A stretch of 64,000 nt of DNA from assembly GCA_045544195.1 (NCBI GenBank), contig JAZPYO010000040.1:15247-79246 (forward strand), in the 5' to 3' direction. Source of the DNA: Eubacteriales bacterium (lineage in GTDB: Bacteria > Bacillota > Clostridia > Oscillospirales > CAG-272). Numbering within the stretch: position 1 is the first letter of the stretch; every line of letters starts with the position of its first letter. The notes under the pieces are model-generated. The model saw only the letters and a program-made list of their open reading frames with translations. It made no database searches and was not told where the DNA came from. Position numbers and translations under genes: made by a program. Shown in pieces: positions 1 to 9,382 of the stretch.

Positions 1-2835
1 GTCCTCATCCGTTATCCCAACTACGGCTATAACCAGACCTGGAGATTCATTCGTTTCTCCGATGGAAGCTACGAAATAACAAACCTCAAAACAGGTAAAT
101 CGCTCGACTGCGCGGCAGGCTCAGGCGTTGCGGGAACAAACGTAGCTACATATACGTCAAACAATACAAATGCTCAGAGATGGTACATTTTCAAGGAGGA
201 CGGAAATTACATATTCGTTCCTAAGTGTACGGCTGAATGCGCTCTTACTGTTGCGGGTGGTGCTACGGCAAGCGGAACTAATTTAGAGCTTGCAAAGTAT
301 ACCGCATCATACACCGCTCAGCAGTTCAAGGTCATAAAGCTCACCAAGAGTGAGGTTGAAAAGAATCTTACCATAAGCGAGATATGCGCAGCGCCCACAA
401 ACGGTGCGTATGAGTTTATGGAGATCATAAACACATCTGACAAAACGGTAAATCTTAATCAGTATTCACTTTACAGATTCGGATTTGCAAACAGCGGCAA
501 ATACGAAAGCAACGGCTACAATGCAATACTCGGTCTTGCATCGGGCACAGGCTCGGATACATCGCTCAAATGTCTTGAAAAGGTAAACCTTTCCTCTTAT
601 GATACGAGCATAGCTCCCAACGGTATGATCGTTCTGTGGTTCGTATCGTACGCTAACAGATCACTTACGGTTGACGATTTCAAGACATATTGGACAAAGC
701 AAGGCAGCGATATGACAAATGTTACAGTCATTCCCGTTGCTGTTCATAACGGAAAGTCCGATATATACGCGGCAACAAAGATAAACAGCGGATGCGGTGC
801 AGGATTTTTGCCCGACACAAAGGCTTGTGTTGCGTTTTCTCTTATAAAGAACTCCGCTCTTGCGGTAAGACTCGAAAACGGAACTAACCTCAATTCTCTT
901 ACAGCAAGTACTGATGCTCCTCTTGCATATAATATGACAGCAGAGCTTCAGAGCAGAGCAGACTCCATTGCAACATATTTTGTCACAACGACCGCTGAAA
1001 CGGGTGCATCACGCAACTATTACAACTACGTTGACTATGAAGCATACGTTCACGCTACAACACAGGCAATGAAGGAGCCTATGCGTACATACACGCACGT
1101 TTTTGCTGCAGTTCCTTACGCTGCACAGGTAATGGGCTCCAGCACAACAGCAGGCCACCCCACCAATCTCGGCAAATATATCAACCTTAACTCTGCAGGC
1201 GAAACAAACGTCATAACGTTCGGCGCAGACGGCGGTCTTAAGAGAACAAAGGCAACACCCGGCTACAGATGGTGCGGTCAGTTTGCAGGTCTTGATCTGC
1301 TCAGCACGTCAGTAGATGACAATGGCGACGTAACGCTTACAGGTAAGTTTGAATACGATCAGTACAGTCAGATCGGTTTCGTTATAACGACTATATCCAC
1401 GGCAACCGGCGAGGTTATCGCTAAAAAAACAGTAAACACCACAACATTCAAGGCTATCGACGGCGGATATTCATACTCCGTAACGGTAAGCGGTCTTCCC
1501 GTTAACGACGGAAGCGTAGTGCTTTCAATAGTTCCCTACGCTATCTATGTTGAAACAGGTTCGCGTGTAAACGGTGTTGCAGAAGAGATCAGATGCCCTC
1601 TCGTTTCCGCAACGATCAACGGAAAGAGCATTGAAGGTCTTAAGGTCACATATCTTGCAAACGAGGTAAATGCTCCGGCAAACGATGTTACGGGCATAAA
1701 GGAAGCAGTTGAGCTTCTTGCAAACGATATTGAATACTACACAGGTGTAGAGGTTACGACGGGAATATACGATCCCAGAGCCGCTTATCCTCAGATAGTT
1801 ATCGCGACATCAGGATCAGGTTCGGGCGGCGATGCACTCGTTGCAAACAATAAGACGGTAGGCGCTAATCAGTACAGCATTATCAGCAAGACTGCAGGCG
1901 AAATATACATCGTCGGCGGCGATACGATAGCGGCTGAATACGCATCACAGCTTATCATAAAGGCTCTGATAAATGCAACGGGCACAGTAGAGCTTACAAG
2001 CCTTTGTGCAGATGCTCCCAAGACACTCAATACAAAGAATGACCACCTTCCCATGACAGACGGCTCCGACTACCGCATCATGACAATGAATATGCTGTGG
2101 AACAGCAGCCATCCCGATGAAACAAGATACGGCAGATTTATTGAGTTTATCAATTATTACTCACCTGATGTTATCGGCTTACAGGAATGCTGCATAGCCA
2201 ATATGAACAAGTTCATGCCTTTGCTTAAGGCGGCCGGATATACAGTAATTCAGCAAGAGGTCTTCTCCGGTACATACGAGTGTAACACAGTTCCGATCGC
2301 ATACAAGACATCAAAGTTCACGTGTGTTGAAAAGGGCTGGAAGCAGCTCCCCGGCGGAAGTAAGTTCTTCGGCGTAACCTGGGCAGTTCTCAAGGACAAG
2401 ACGACATCGCAAAAATTCGCAGTATCATCATCGCACTTCTACAACGAAGGTGTTCTTGCGGATAAAGTAATTATCCGTAAGGAAAACACAAAGATGGTAC
2501 TTTCAATAACGAACGACATCATAAATAAGCACAACTGCCCTGTCATCAATATGGGTGACTTCAATATGCGTTCGTTTGACGAGGCATATCACCTTATGGT
2601 CGACAGCGGTGTTCTCAACGATTCAAGATTCGTTTCATTCAGAGACGGTTTGATGGTACGTATAGGTCACAACCTCAATTCAACAGTTATCGCCGAGGGC
2701 TCGCCTTCAAGAACGATCGACTACTTATTTACAACAAGCAATGTAAATGTTCTCCGTACAAGAGCAGTAATCAATATGAAGTCAGCTACTTCAACTGACC
2801 ATAGCCCTGTTTACGCAGATATTTCATTTAAATGA
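1..2835 (+). CDS. 5'-truncated large secreted-type protein: ricin beta-trefoil, LTD-like, Ig-like, GH20-domain-2-like and C-terminal EEP (endonuclease/exonuclease/phosphatase) domains; paralog of 59245..62970
   Basis: Frame is open from base 1 (VLIRYPNYGYNQTWRFIRFSDGSYEITNLKTGKSLDCAAG...NAQRWY, ricin QxW motifs). EEP motifs: MTMN, DVIGLQE, SSH, MGDFN, IDY, TDHSPV. Colinear with the 1251-aa ORF. Confidence 0.85.
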   Translation, partial: VLIRYPNYGYNQTWRFIRFSDGSYEITNLKTGKSLDCAAGSGVAGTNVATYTSNNTNAQRWYIFKEDGNYIFVPKCTAECALTVAGGATASGTNLELAKYTASYTAQQFKVIKLTKSEVEKNLTISEICAAPTNGAYEFMEIINTSDKTVNLNQYSLYRFGFANSGKYESNGYNAILGLASGTGSDTSLKCLEKVNLSSYDTSIAPNGMIVLWFVSYANRSLTVDDFKTYWTKQGSDMTNVTVIPVAVHNGKSDIYAATKINSGCGAGFLPDTKACVAFSLIKNSALAVRLENGTNLNSLTASTDAPLAYNMTAELQSRADSIATYFVTTTAETGASRNYYNYVDYEAYVHATTQAMKEPMRTYTHVFAAVPYAAQVMGSSTTAGHPTNLGKYINLNSAGETNVITFGADGGLKRTKATPGYRWCGQFAGLDLLSTSVDDNGDVTLTGKFEYDQYSQIGFVITTISTATGEVIAKKTVNTTTFKAIDGGYSYSVTVSGLPVNDGSVVLSIVPYAIYVETGSRVNGVAEEIRCPLVSATINGKSIEGLKVTYLANEVNAPANDVTGIKEAVELLANDIEYYTGVEVTTGIYDPRAAYPQIVIATSGSGSGGDALVANNKTVGANQYSIISKTAGEIYIVGGDTIAAEYASQLIIKALINATGTVELTSLCADAPKTLNTKNDHLPMTDGSDYRIMTMNMLWNSSHPDETRYGRFIEFINYYSPDVIGLQECCIANMNKFMPLLKAAGYTVIQQEVFSGTYECNTVPIAYKTSKFTCVEKGWKQLPGGSKFFGVTWAVLKDKTTSQKFAVSSSHFYNEGVLADKVIIRKENTKMVLSITNDIINKHNCPVINMGDFNMRSFDEAYHLMVDSGVLNDSRFVSFRDGLMVRIGHNLNSTVIAEGSPSRTIDYLFTTSNVNVLRTRAVINMKSATSTDHSPVYADISFK

Positions 2836-3015
2836 TCAATAGGCAAAAGCCCTTCACGTTTGGCGTGATACTCTTAACGGAGAATTCGTAAGCACAAAAT
2901 TTCGGCAGAGAACTAATGTGCCCCCTGTCAAGTAGACAGACTAAAAAACAAAAGAATTTACAAATTGAATAGGTTCTTTTATCTCCCCCTGCTGCGCAGC
3001 AGGGGGAGATTTTCG

Positions 3016-3921
3016 TCACGCGGCGGTGGCGAAGTAATACTCGCACGGTGTCATGCAGTTCAAACGTTTCTGGTAGCGGCGAGTGTTGTAAAAGTGTATG
3101 TAATTCCCTATAGCGGAAACAAGAGAATCACGGCTCGTGAACTTTTTAAGATAGTACATTTCGGACTTTAGGATGCCCCGCCAGCCCTCCATCGGAGCAT
3201 TGTCAAGGCATCTTCCGACACGGGACATACTTTGGATCATACCCGCATCGACGAGTTTTTGGTGAAACACCTTGTTTGTGTATTGAAATCCTCTATCGCT
3301 GTGGAATATAGGTTTGGCATCAGGATAAAGACTTCTCGCTTCGTCAAACGTCGTGAAAACCAATTCATTGTTGTTGCTGTCGCCGATCTTGTATGCAATA
3401 ATACGTCTGTCGTAAAGATCAAGAATTGCAGAAAGATAGAGTTTTCTCACCTCGGGGCCAACGTAATACTTAAACTCCGTAACGTCGGTAAGCCACTTTT
3501 CAAACGGTACAGTTGCCTTAAAATCTCTGTTCAGAATGTTCTCGGCTGTAATTTCAGGTGTGGATTTGATGTAATCTGGGCGTTTTTTACGGATAACGGA
3601 TTTGAGCCCAAGTATACGCATAATACGACGAACTCTCTTTACGTTAATACTGTGAGGAAGCTCGTCTGTCTTTTCTCTGTTAATGTTAATACACATCTGT
3701 CTATAGCCAAGAACTCCGTTGCTTTCTTCGTACAAGTCCTTTACGTATTCTGTAATCTGCATGTTCAAAAGTTCGCTTTTACTTTGTTGTCTGCTTTTCC
3801 ACTTGTAGTAGGAAGATCTGTTTAATCTCAACGCAATACACATTTCCTTAATGGAATACCCCTTATGTGTGTTAAGAAATTCAATGGCTATGTAGATATG
3901 CTCCTGCTGTACTCCGGTCAA
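3016..3921 (-). CDS. IS3 transposase OrfB (HTH + rve integrase DDE core)
   Basis: WLTDVTEF, ILDLYDRRII, FHSDRGFQY, DNAPME..LKSE motifs. Confidence 0.95.
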   Translation of the reverse strand: MTGVQQEHIYIAIEFLNTHKGYSIKEMCIALRLNRSSYYKWKSRQQSKSELLNMQITEYVKDLYEESNGVLGYRQMCININREKTDELPHSINVKRVRRIMRILGLKSVIRKKRPDYIKSTPEITAENILNRDFKATVPFEKWLTDVTEFKYYVGPEVRKLYLSAILDLYDRRIIAYKIGDSNNNELVFTTFDEARSLYPDAKPIFHSDRGFQYTNKVFHQKLVDAGMIQSMSRVGRCLDNAPMEGWRGILKSEMYYLKKFTSRDSLVSAIGNYIHFYNTRRYQKRLNCMTPCEYYFATAA

Positions 3922-4445
3922 TGACCACCACCTTTCAGCTCCTGTAGTTTTTTTATGAAGGCGTTTTCGATTTCAAGCTGTCTGTTTTTTGCTTCAAGTA
4001 TCTTCATTTCAGCTTTGAGCTTTTCAACCTCGGTCATTTCCTCAACCGGTTTCGTTCTTCCTCGGTTGTCTTTGAGCTTATCCACTCCGCCTTCTTCGTA
4101 CTTGCGCACCCAAGCATAGATCTGTTGGTACGACACGTTGTAGGTTTCTACTGTTAGTCCGTAATCATAATTGTGTTCAATGCAGAATGCTACGATCTCT
4201 GCTCGTTCTTCTTGCGTGGTCTTCCTTCCTTTGGTCATATATATTTCTCCTTTTGCGGTACTCCGCTCTTTGAACTCTCTATGACCATTATACCACTTAA
4301 CCCAGTTCCTGAGTTGTCTTGTGCTTAAAATTTCATATTTTTTTCGCAGTGTTTCATAACTTCCTTTTCCGGTTAGATAATCTCTCACTGCTTGTAGCTT
4401 TAATTCTGTTGAATATTTTTTGTTCTTATGGCTTTTTCTTGGCAT
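3918..4445 (-). CDS. IS3 transposase OrfA (tandem HTH + leucine zipper)
   Basis: KYSTELKLQAVRDYL, SYQQIYAWVRKYE and a C-terminal coiled coil; overlaps orfB. Confidence 0.93.
   Translation of the reverse strand: MPRKSHKNKKYSTELKLQAVRDYLTGKGSYETLRKKYEILSTRQLRNWVKWYNGHREFKERSTAKGEIYMTKGRKTTQEERAEIVAFCIEHNYDYGLTVETYNVSYQQIYAWVRKYEEGGVDKLKDNRGRTKPVEEMTEVEKLKAEMKILEAKNRQLEIENAFIKKLQELKGGGH
3948..3954 (-). other. -1 programmed frameshift slippery site (A AAA AAA) producing the OrfAB fusion
   Basis: orfA reads ...ATA AAA AAA CTA...; the -1 frame continues ACT ACA GGA GCT GAA AGG TGG TGG TCA TTG ACC without a stop, directly into orfB. Confidence 0.85.
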
Positions 4446-4575
4446 AAAATAACCCCCTTAAAGTAGTCTTGAAAACTTTTTGTTTTTTCAAGTGTCTACT
4501 CTAAGGGGATTATATCAGACTTCAAAAATCTGTCGGGGTTAATTATTTGCTTACTGCAGAGCAATTTTTTTATCC

Positions 4576-4623
4576 GTAGGGGCGTTCTGCGAACGCCCGC
4601 GGGCGAACACAGTTCGCCCCTAC
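4576..4623. repeat. GTAG-family REP doublet (REPIN-like)
   Basis: GTAG-GGGCGTTC-TGC-GAACGCCC followed by the inverted copy GGGCGAAC-ACA-GTTCGCCC-CTAC; lies between convergent genes. Confidence 0.8.
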
Positions 4624-4722
4624 TGTGGGATTAGGTAAATGTTTCGTGATTTCTTCGCTAAGAACATCACGTTTTTCGTGAAGGGCTTTTATCTGTCGTA
4701 TATTATTCAGCTTTGGCAGCCT

Positions 4723-5187
4723 TTATCTTTTACGCAGATCTTTGAAAAATTCAGACAGTAATTCTGACGAACGATCTGCAAATATGCCGCCCATTATCTT
4801 TGGTGTATGATTGAACGGATACTGAGTCAAGTCTACAACAGAGCCAAAGCCGCCTGCCTTGTGATCCTCTGCTCCGTAGAATACACGGTTTATCCTTGCG
4901 TTTATTATTGCGCCTGCGCACATTACACACGGCTCAAGTGTTACGAACATATCGCATTTATGAAGCCGCCAGCCGCCAAGCATCTTACATGCATCGTCTA
5001 TCGCCTTCAGCTCTGCATGATGAAGTGCGTTTTTTTCTTTTTCTCTTGTATTGAACGCCTCGGCGATTATCTGCTTTTCGTAAACTATAACTGCTCCGAC
5101 AGGAACATCATTGCAAAGCAACGCCTTTTCTGCGAGCTGTAACGCTCTGCCCATATAATGCGTAATATCATCGTAGGTATATGTCAT
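4723..5187 (-). CDS. tadA: tRNA adenosine(34) deaminase
   Basis: PVGAVIV, HAE, TLEPCVMCAGA motifs. Confidence 0.92.
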   Translation of the reverse strand: MTYTYDDITHYMGRALQLAEKALLCNDVPVGAVIVYEKQIIAEAFNTREKEKNALHHAELKAIDDACKMLGGWRLHKCDMFVTLEPCVMCAGAIINARINRVFYGAEDHKAGGFGSVVDLTQYPFNHTPKIMGGIFADRSSELLSEFFKDLRKR

Positions 5188-6011
5188 AGCACCTTCACTC
5201 CTCCAAAGGCAAATATAGTGGATATTATAAAATATATATAGGCAAAAGGGCAGATCGCATTAAGTGATATATGCGGCATTTTGAATTTTCCTCCTTTAAG
5301 CAGCAGAAAGGCGCATACCGCACCCATCAGTATGAGTACGGATGAATAAACGCCGATCACCGCATCGCTTGCTCTTGTATACATTATAACAAACGCAGAC
5401 AGATTGTTTACGAAATGCAGAATGACAGCAAAGCATACAGAGCCTGTACGGGCAGTAAAATACCCGAACAGTATTCCGCACACAAATGCATACGGTATCT
5501 GCAAAAGATTCATATGAAAAAACGCAAATAAAAGTGATGAAAAAGCAATAGCCTGCCATTTACCGTACGCAAGGAGCTTATTCTGCACCAAGCCCCTGAA
5601 TATGACCTCTTCGGCAAACGGCGGTAAAACAACGAGGGTTATAAATGAAATAGCAATATCCGCAGGCATATGCATATCATATAATGTTACGTCCGGCGAA
5701 AGCTGTATACCGAGCCTCAGAAAAATATCGCTTACTGCCATACAGGCTCTATCCGTAAGACACATTAGTCCAAGACAGGCAAAAAAGGAAAGCACGGGGC
5801 GTGGCGGCATTTTATACGACATTGTTATCTTATTGCCAAGCGTGCTTAGCAAAGCTATCGGCAATGCCATGCAAACGCAGTATATGATGAGCTGCCTTAC
5901 GCTTTGTCTTACATTGAAATAAGGCAATATAGCAGATATTATGATCTGGCAGACAAATATCGAAAAGACGGCAAAAATTGATTTTTCCTGTTCTTTATAC
6001 ATTTTCACCAC
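5184..6011 (-). CDS. CPBP/Abi (CAAX) family intramembrane metalloprotease
   Basis: EEVIFRG, FAFFH, LHFVNN motifs; multiple TM helices. Confidence 0.9.
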   Translation of the reverse strand: MVKMYKEQEKSIFAVFSIFVCQIIISAILPYFNVRQSVRQLIIYCVCMALPIALLSTLGNKITMSYKMPPRPVLSFFACLGLMCLTDRACMAVSDIFLRLGIQLSPDVTLYDMHMPADIAISFITLVVLPPFAEEVIFRGLVQNKLLAYGKWQAIAFSSLLFAFFHMNLLQIPYAFVCGILFGYFTARTGSVCFAVILHFVNNLSAFVIMYTRASDAVIGVYSSVLILMGAVCAFLLLKGGKFKMPHISLNAICPFAYIYFIISTIFAFGGVKVL

Positions 6012-6275
6012 TCCCTTCTCGTGAGATTCTACCGCAAATCAACAAAAAAATCAATACTTATTCACAAAATGTAAAAGAAAGCACTTAAAAAATATGCAAA
6101 CGTGAGTATATTTGTGCAATAAACACTAAATTAACATTTAAAATTTGGTAAGTTTCGCTAACGTTAAATTTGCCATCATGTCGCTTTTGCTCTTGATTTG
6201 TTTAAAATTTTATTGTAAAATAATATGAGATTTTGCGTTTTCGCATCAATCGAAATACAATAACGGAGAATTTTA

Positions 6276-7643
6276 ATGATTAAAGCAAGAAAAGTATTCA
6301 ATGCCTTGCGTGAGTTTATCGAACGTAAGCCTGCATTGTGTGCCAAAATAGCCGCAACCGCGGTTATGTGCTGTACCGTTCTTACTTATATATCCTGTTT
6401 ATCCGCACGTGACATTGTAACCGTTGCTTATGCGAACGGTGAGTATCTCGGAATAGTTTCCGACGGCTGTGACATATATACATCAGCCTTAAAGGCAACA
6501 TCAGATGCAGCTGTAATTTCTTATCCTGCACCCGATGTACCCGTTATAACGCTTGATGTCCGCCCCGTGCGAAAGGGCGATACACCCCTTAACAACGATA
6601 CAGCGTACAAGGCATTGTACGACACAGTTTTATCCGATTATGAAATGATGCACGCTCTGTTTGTTGATAACAAATTCGTAGCGGCAAACAGTGATGACAA
6701 GGTTCTCAGCAGCGTAACTGCAGCCATTGAGGAAGGCATTCGCCTTCAGGCAGGCGGGAATGTTGAAATAACATCTGACATTGCCATCAAGAAATTGTAT
6801 TGCAACAAAGCATATGCACCCGAAAGCGACAGGATAGTATCTTATCTTTCAGAGGGTCTTTCATACAACATTGTACTTGATACAGAGGAAGAGGTTTTTG
6901 AATTTTTCTTTGAGGACGAGGCAGAGCATGCACTCGCACCTAACCTTTCTTCACCGCAGGGAAACGGCGGACTCAGTACTGATATGGACAACAAGGACAT
7001 TCAGACAAAGATAATAACCGCAACTGAAGAAATTCCTTTTGCTACGGTTTACGAAGAAAACGACGAGCTTTTCATAGGCGTTTACAGTAAGAAAAACGAC
7101 GGAAGACCGGGTGTAAGATCTGTAACGGTTGAGATAACATTCGAAAACGGCGTTGAGGTATCACGCAAGGTCATCGAAGAAAGGATCATAACACCGGCAA
7201 CAGACAAGGTTCTTTATGCAGGAACAAGGCCTGCTCCCACAACTGCTTCATCAGGCTCATATATCATTCCGCTTCCCAAAGGATCGTATATGATAACCGA
7301 CAGATACGGTGAAAGAGAGCTTTACGGCAAGTGGACCCGCCATTACGGGATCGACCTTGCTGCAGATAAGGGTGTTACGGTTATGGCAGCAGACGGCGGC
7401 ACGGTAATAAGAGCTGAAAATTCAAGCTCTTACGGCAAATGCGTAACGATACGCCACGATAACGGCCACGAAACACTGTATGCACATATGTCAAAGATCA
7501 CAGTATCCGAGGGTGACAAGGTCTATCAGGGACAGAAGATCGGTGAAGTCGGAAGAACGGGACTTGCAACAGGCAACCACTTGCACCTTGAATTGTTCAT
7601 TCACGGCAACAAGGTAGACCCTGAGGACTATATTGATTTCTGA
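6276..7643 (+). CDS. M23 peptidoglycan endopeptidase with G5 domain and N-terminal anchor
   Basis: G5-like segment (EEIPFATVYEEN...DKVLYAGT); HYGID, YAH and HLH motifs. Confidence 0.9.
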   Translation: MIKARKVFNALREFIERKPALCAKIAATAVMCCTVLTYISCLSARDIVTVAYANGEYLGIVSDGCDIYTSALKATSDAAVISYPAPDVPVITLDVRPVRKGDTPLNNDTAYKALYDTVLSDYEMMHALFVDNKFVAANSDDKVLSSVTAAIEEGIRLQAGGNVEITSDIAIKKLYCNKAYAPESDRIVSYLSEGLSYNIVLDTEEEVFEFFFEDEAEHALAPNLSSPQGNGGLSTDMDNKDIQTKIITATEEIPFATVYEENDELFIGVYSKKNDGRPGVRSVTVEITFENGVEVSRKVIEERIITPATDKVLYAGTRPAPTTASSGSYIIPLPKGSYMITDRYGERELYGKWTRHYGIDLAADKGVTVMAADGGTVIRAENSSSYGKCVTIRHDNGHETLYAHMSKITVSEGDKVYQGQKIGEVGRTGLATGNHLHLELFIHGNKVDPEDYIDF

Positions 7644-7662
7644 TATTCATATTAAAATACTT

Positions 7663-7688
7663 AAAAAGGACAGTCATCTGTCCTTTTT
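7663..7688 (+). terminator. Intrinsic terminator
   Basis: AAAAAGGACAG-TCAT-CTGTCCTTTTT. Confidence 0.8.
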
Positions 7689-7794
7689 ATATTTCTTTCG
7701 GATAATACGGTAAACATTTTTTTATTTCACTTGAAAAAAAGCATTTTTTTGTTTATAATAATAACAGCAAAATTTCGGAAAGGAAGCATTCATA

Positions 7795-9258
7795 ATGGGC
7801 AGATTCAAAAAGCTGACATTGATACACTCAAACGATATGCACGGCGATTTTATGAGTGAAATGGTAGACTCACATCTTTTGGGCGGTGTTTCTATGCTGT
7901 CAGGATATATCAGCAAGGTTCGCAAAAGCGAAGAAAACGTCATATACGCCGTAGCAGGCGATATGCTCAGAGGCTCTGTTATTGACAGCGAATTCAAAGG
8001 CTTATCGACTATCGAAATAATGAATATGCTTACAGTTGATGTAGCATCTGTCGGCAATCACGAATTTGACTATGGCACAGCCCATTTGCTTCTGATAGAA
8101 AAATGCGCCAGATTTCCCATAGTAAGTGCCAATATATACGTTAAAAACAGAATGGCTCATCTGTTCAGATCGCATTATATCAAAAAGATAGACGGTATGA
8201 AAATACTGTTTATAGGCATTTCAACAGAGGATATTCTGAAAATGAATCCCGACGGGGAGAATATTTCTAATTTTATCGATATACGTTCAGCCGTTGACGA
8301 AATACAAAAAATATGCTCACGGTATAAAAGCTCCGATATTGATCTTACCGTATTACTTACGCATATCGGCTTTGAAGAGGACAAAAAATTAGCTTCGCTT
8401 ATAGAAAAAGAAAGCGGAGTCGATCTTATAATCGGCGGACACAGCCACACTTTTCTTCAAAAGCCGTGTGTGATAAACGGAATACCCATCGTTCAGGCGG
8501 TCACAGGAACAGATCAGGTAGGGCGGTTTGATATAACGGTTGACACCTACAACAACAAAATACACAGCTACACATGGGAATTGATACCGATAACGCCCGA
8601 AAACTGTCCGAAGGACCCTGCGCTTGAGGAGATAATCACAAAATATAAAAGTATAACCGACGTTAAATACAGCAGATATATTACAAGAACATCCCGTGTG
8701 CTGAAAAATACAAGCAGAAAACGCGAAAGCGAGGTCGGTATGGTATTTGCCGACGCCCTGCGTGATTATTTTGAGCTTGACATAGTAATGATCGCATCGG
8801 GAAGTCTGCGTGCGGAGACGCTCGGTGAGATCATAGAATACGGCGATCTTATGGAAATGTTTCCGTTCGCAGATGAGCTTTATCGCATAACTCTGAGTGG
8901 AAGGCTTTTCAAAAGGGCGATCATGCACGTTTTCAGAAAGGAAGCCTTCGACGGACAGCATACCGAATTTTATCAGTATTCCCACGGCGTCCGAATAACC
9001 GTATCCGAAAAGGAAAAGCGTGTTATATCAATTCTTTTCAACGGAAAGGATATTGACGATGATATGATCCTGACAGTAGGAATACAAGGCTATCATTATA
9101 AAAATTCCGAAAAATGTCTTGGACTGACGTTGGATGAAATGTCACAGATAAAGCCGTGCAGACTCATAGCTGCAAAGGATAACGTCATAATAGATGAATA
9201 TCTCAGCTCTCAGGAGCTTATAAAGGCCCCCACGGACGAACGCTGGACATTTATATAA
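7795..9258 (+). CDS. Bifunctional metallophosphatase/5'-nucleotidase (no signal peptide)
   Basis: NDMHG, AGD, GNHEFD, THIG, GGHSH motifs; C-terminal 5'-NT domain (SGSLR, FPF). Confidence 0.9.
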   Translation: MGRFKKLTLIHSNDMHGDFMSEMVDSHLLGGVSMLSGYISKVRKSEENVIYAVAGDMLRGSVIDSEFKGLSTIEIMNMLTVDVASVGNHEFDYGTAHLLLIEKCARFPIVSANIYVKNRMAHLFRSHYIKKIDGMKILFIGISTEDILKMNPDGENISNFIDIRSAVDEIQKICSRYKSSDIDLTVLLTHIGFEEDKKLASLIEKESGVDLIIGGHSHTFLQKPCVINGIPIVQAVTGTDQVGRFDITVDTYNNKIHSYTWELIPITPENCPKDPALEEIITKYKSITDVKYSRYITRTSRVLKNTSRKRESEVGMVFADALRDYFELDIVMIASGSLRAETLGEIIEYGDLMEMFPFADELYRITLSGRLFKRAIMHVFRKEAFDGQHTEFYQYSHGVRITVSEKEKRVISILFNGKDIDDDMILTVGIQGYHYKNSEKCLGLTLDEMSQIKPCRLIAAKDNVIIDEYLSSQELIKAPTDERWTFI

Positions 9259-9293
9259 GCCTGCGGCATTGTCAGGAATTTAAAATAAAACAG

Positions 9294-9322
9294 TTGACAC
9301 ATCAGATTTGCCGTGATATAAT
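9294..9322 (+). promoter_or_regulatory. Consensus sigma-A promoter of metY
   Basis: TTGACA-17 bp-TATAAT with extended TG. Confidence 0.85.
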
Positions 9323-9382
9323 GTTAATAATTATTTATGTGTAATTTTCAGCCATAAACATCTTAAAGGAAAGGATCGCTTT

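Larger units (their letters stand above)
2914..4517 (-). mobile_element. IS3-family (IS150-like) insertion sequence
   Basis: orfA/orfB pair. Imperfect IRs TGATATAATCCCCTTAGAGTAGACACTTGAAAAAACAAAA and TAATGTGCCCCCTGTCAAGTAGACAGACTAAAAAACAAAA. Flanks AAC and GAC form a near 3-bp target duplication. Confidence 0.92.
2845..4690. repeat. Roughly 240-bp MITE-like structured element with imperfect terminal inverted repeats, interrupted by the IS3
   Basis: Left arm AAAAGCCCTTCACGTTTGGCGTGATACTCTTAACGGAGAA (from 2845) versus reverse complement of the right arm ending at 4690, AAAAGCCCTTCACGAAAAACGTGATGTTCTTAGCGAAGAA. The first 14 bp are identical. Confidence 0.7.

Noticed and set aside
9259-9382. SAM riboswitch or T-box ahead of metY
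   Set aside because: Only about 55 nt separate the predicted +1 from the start codon, and no S-box or T-box motif is present.
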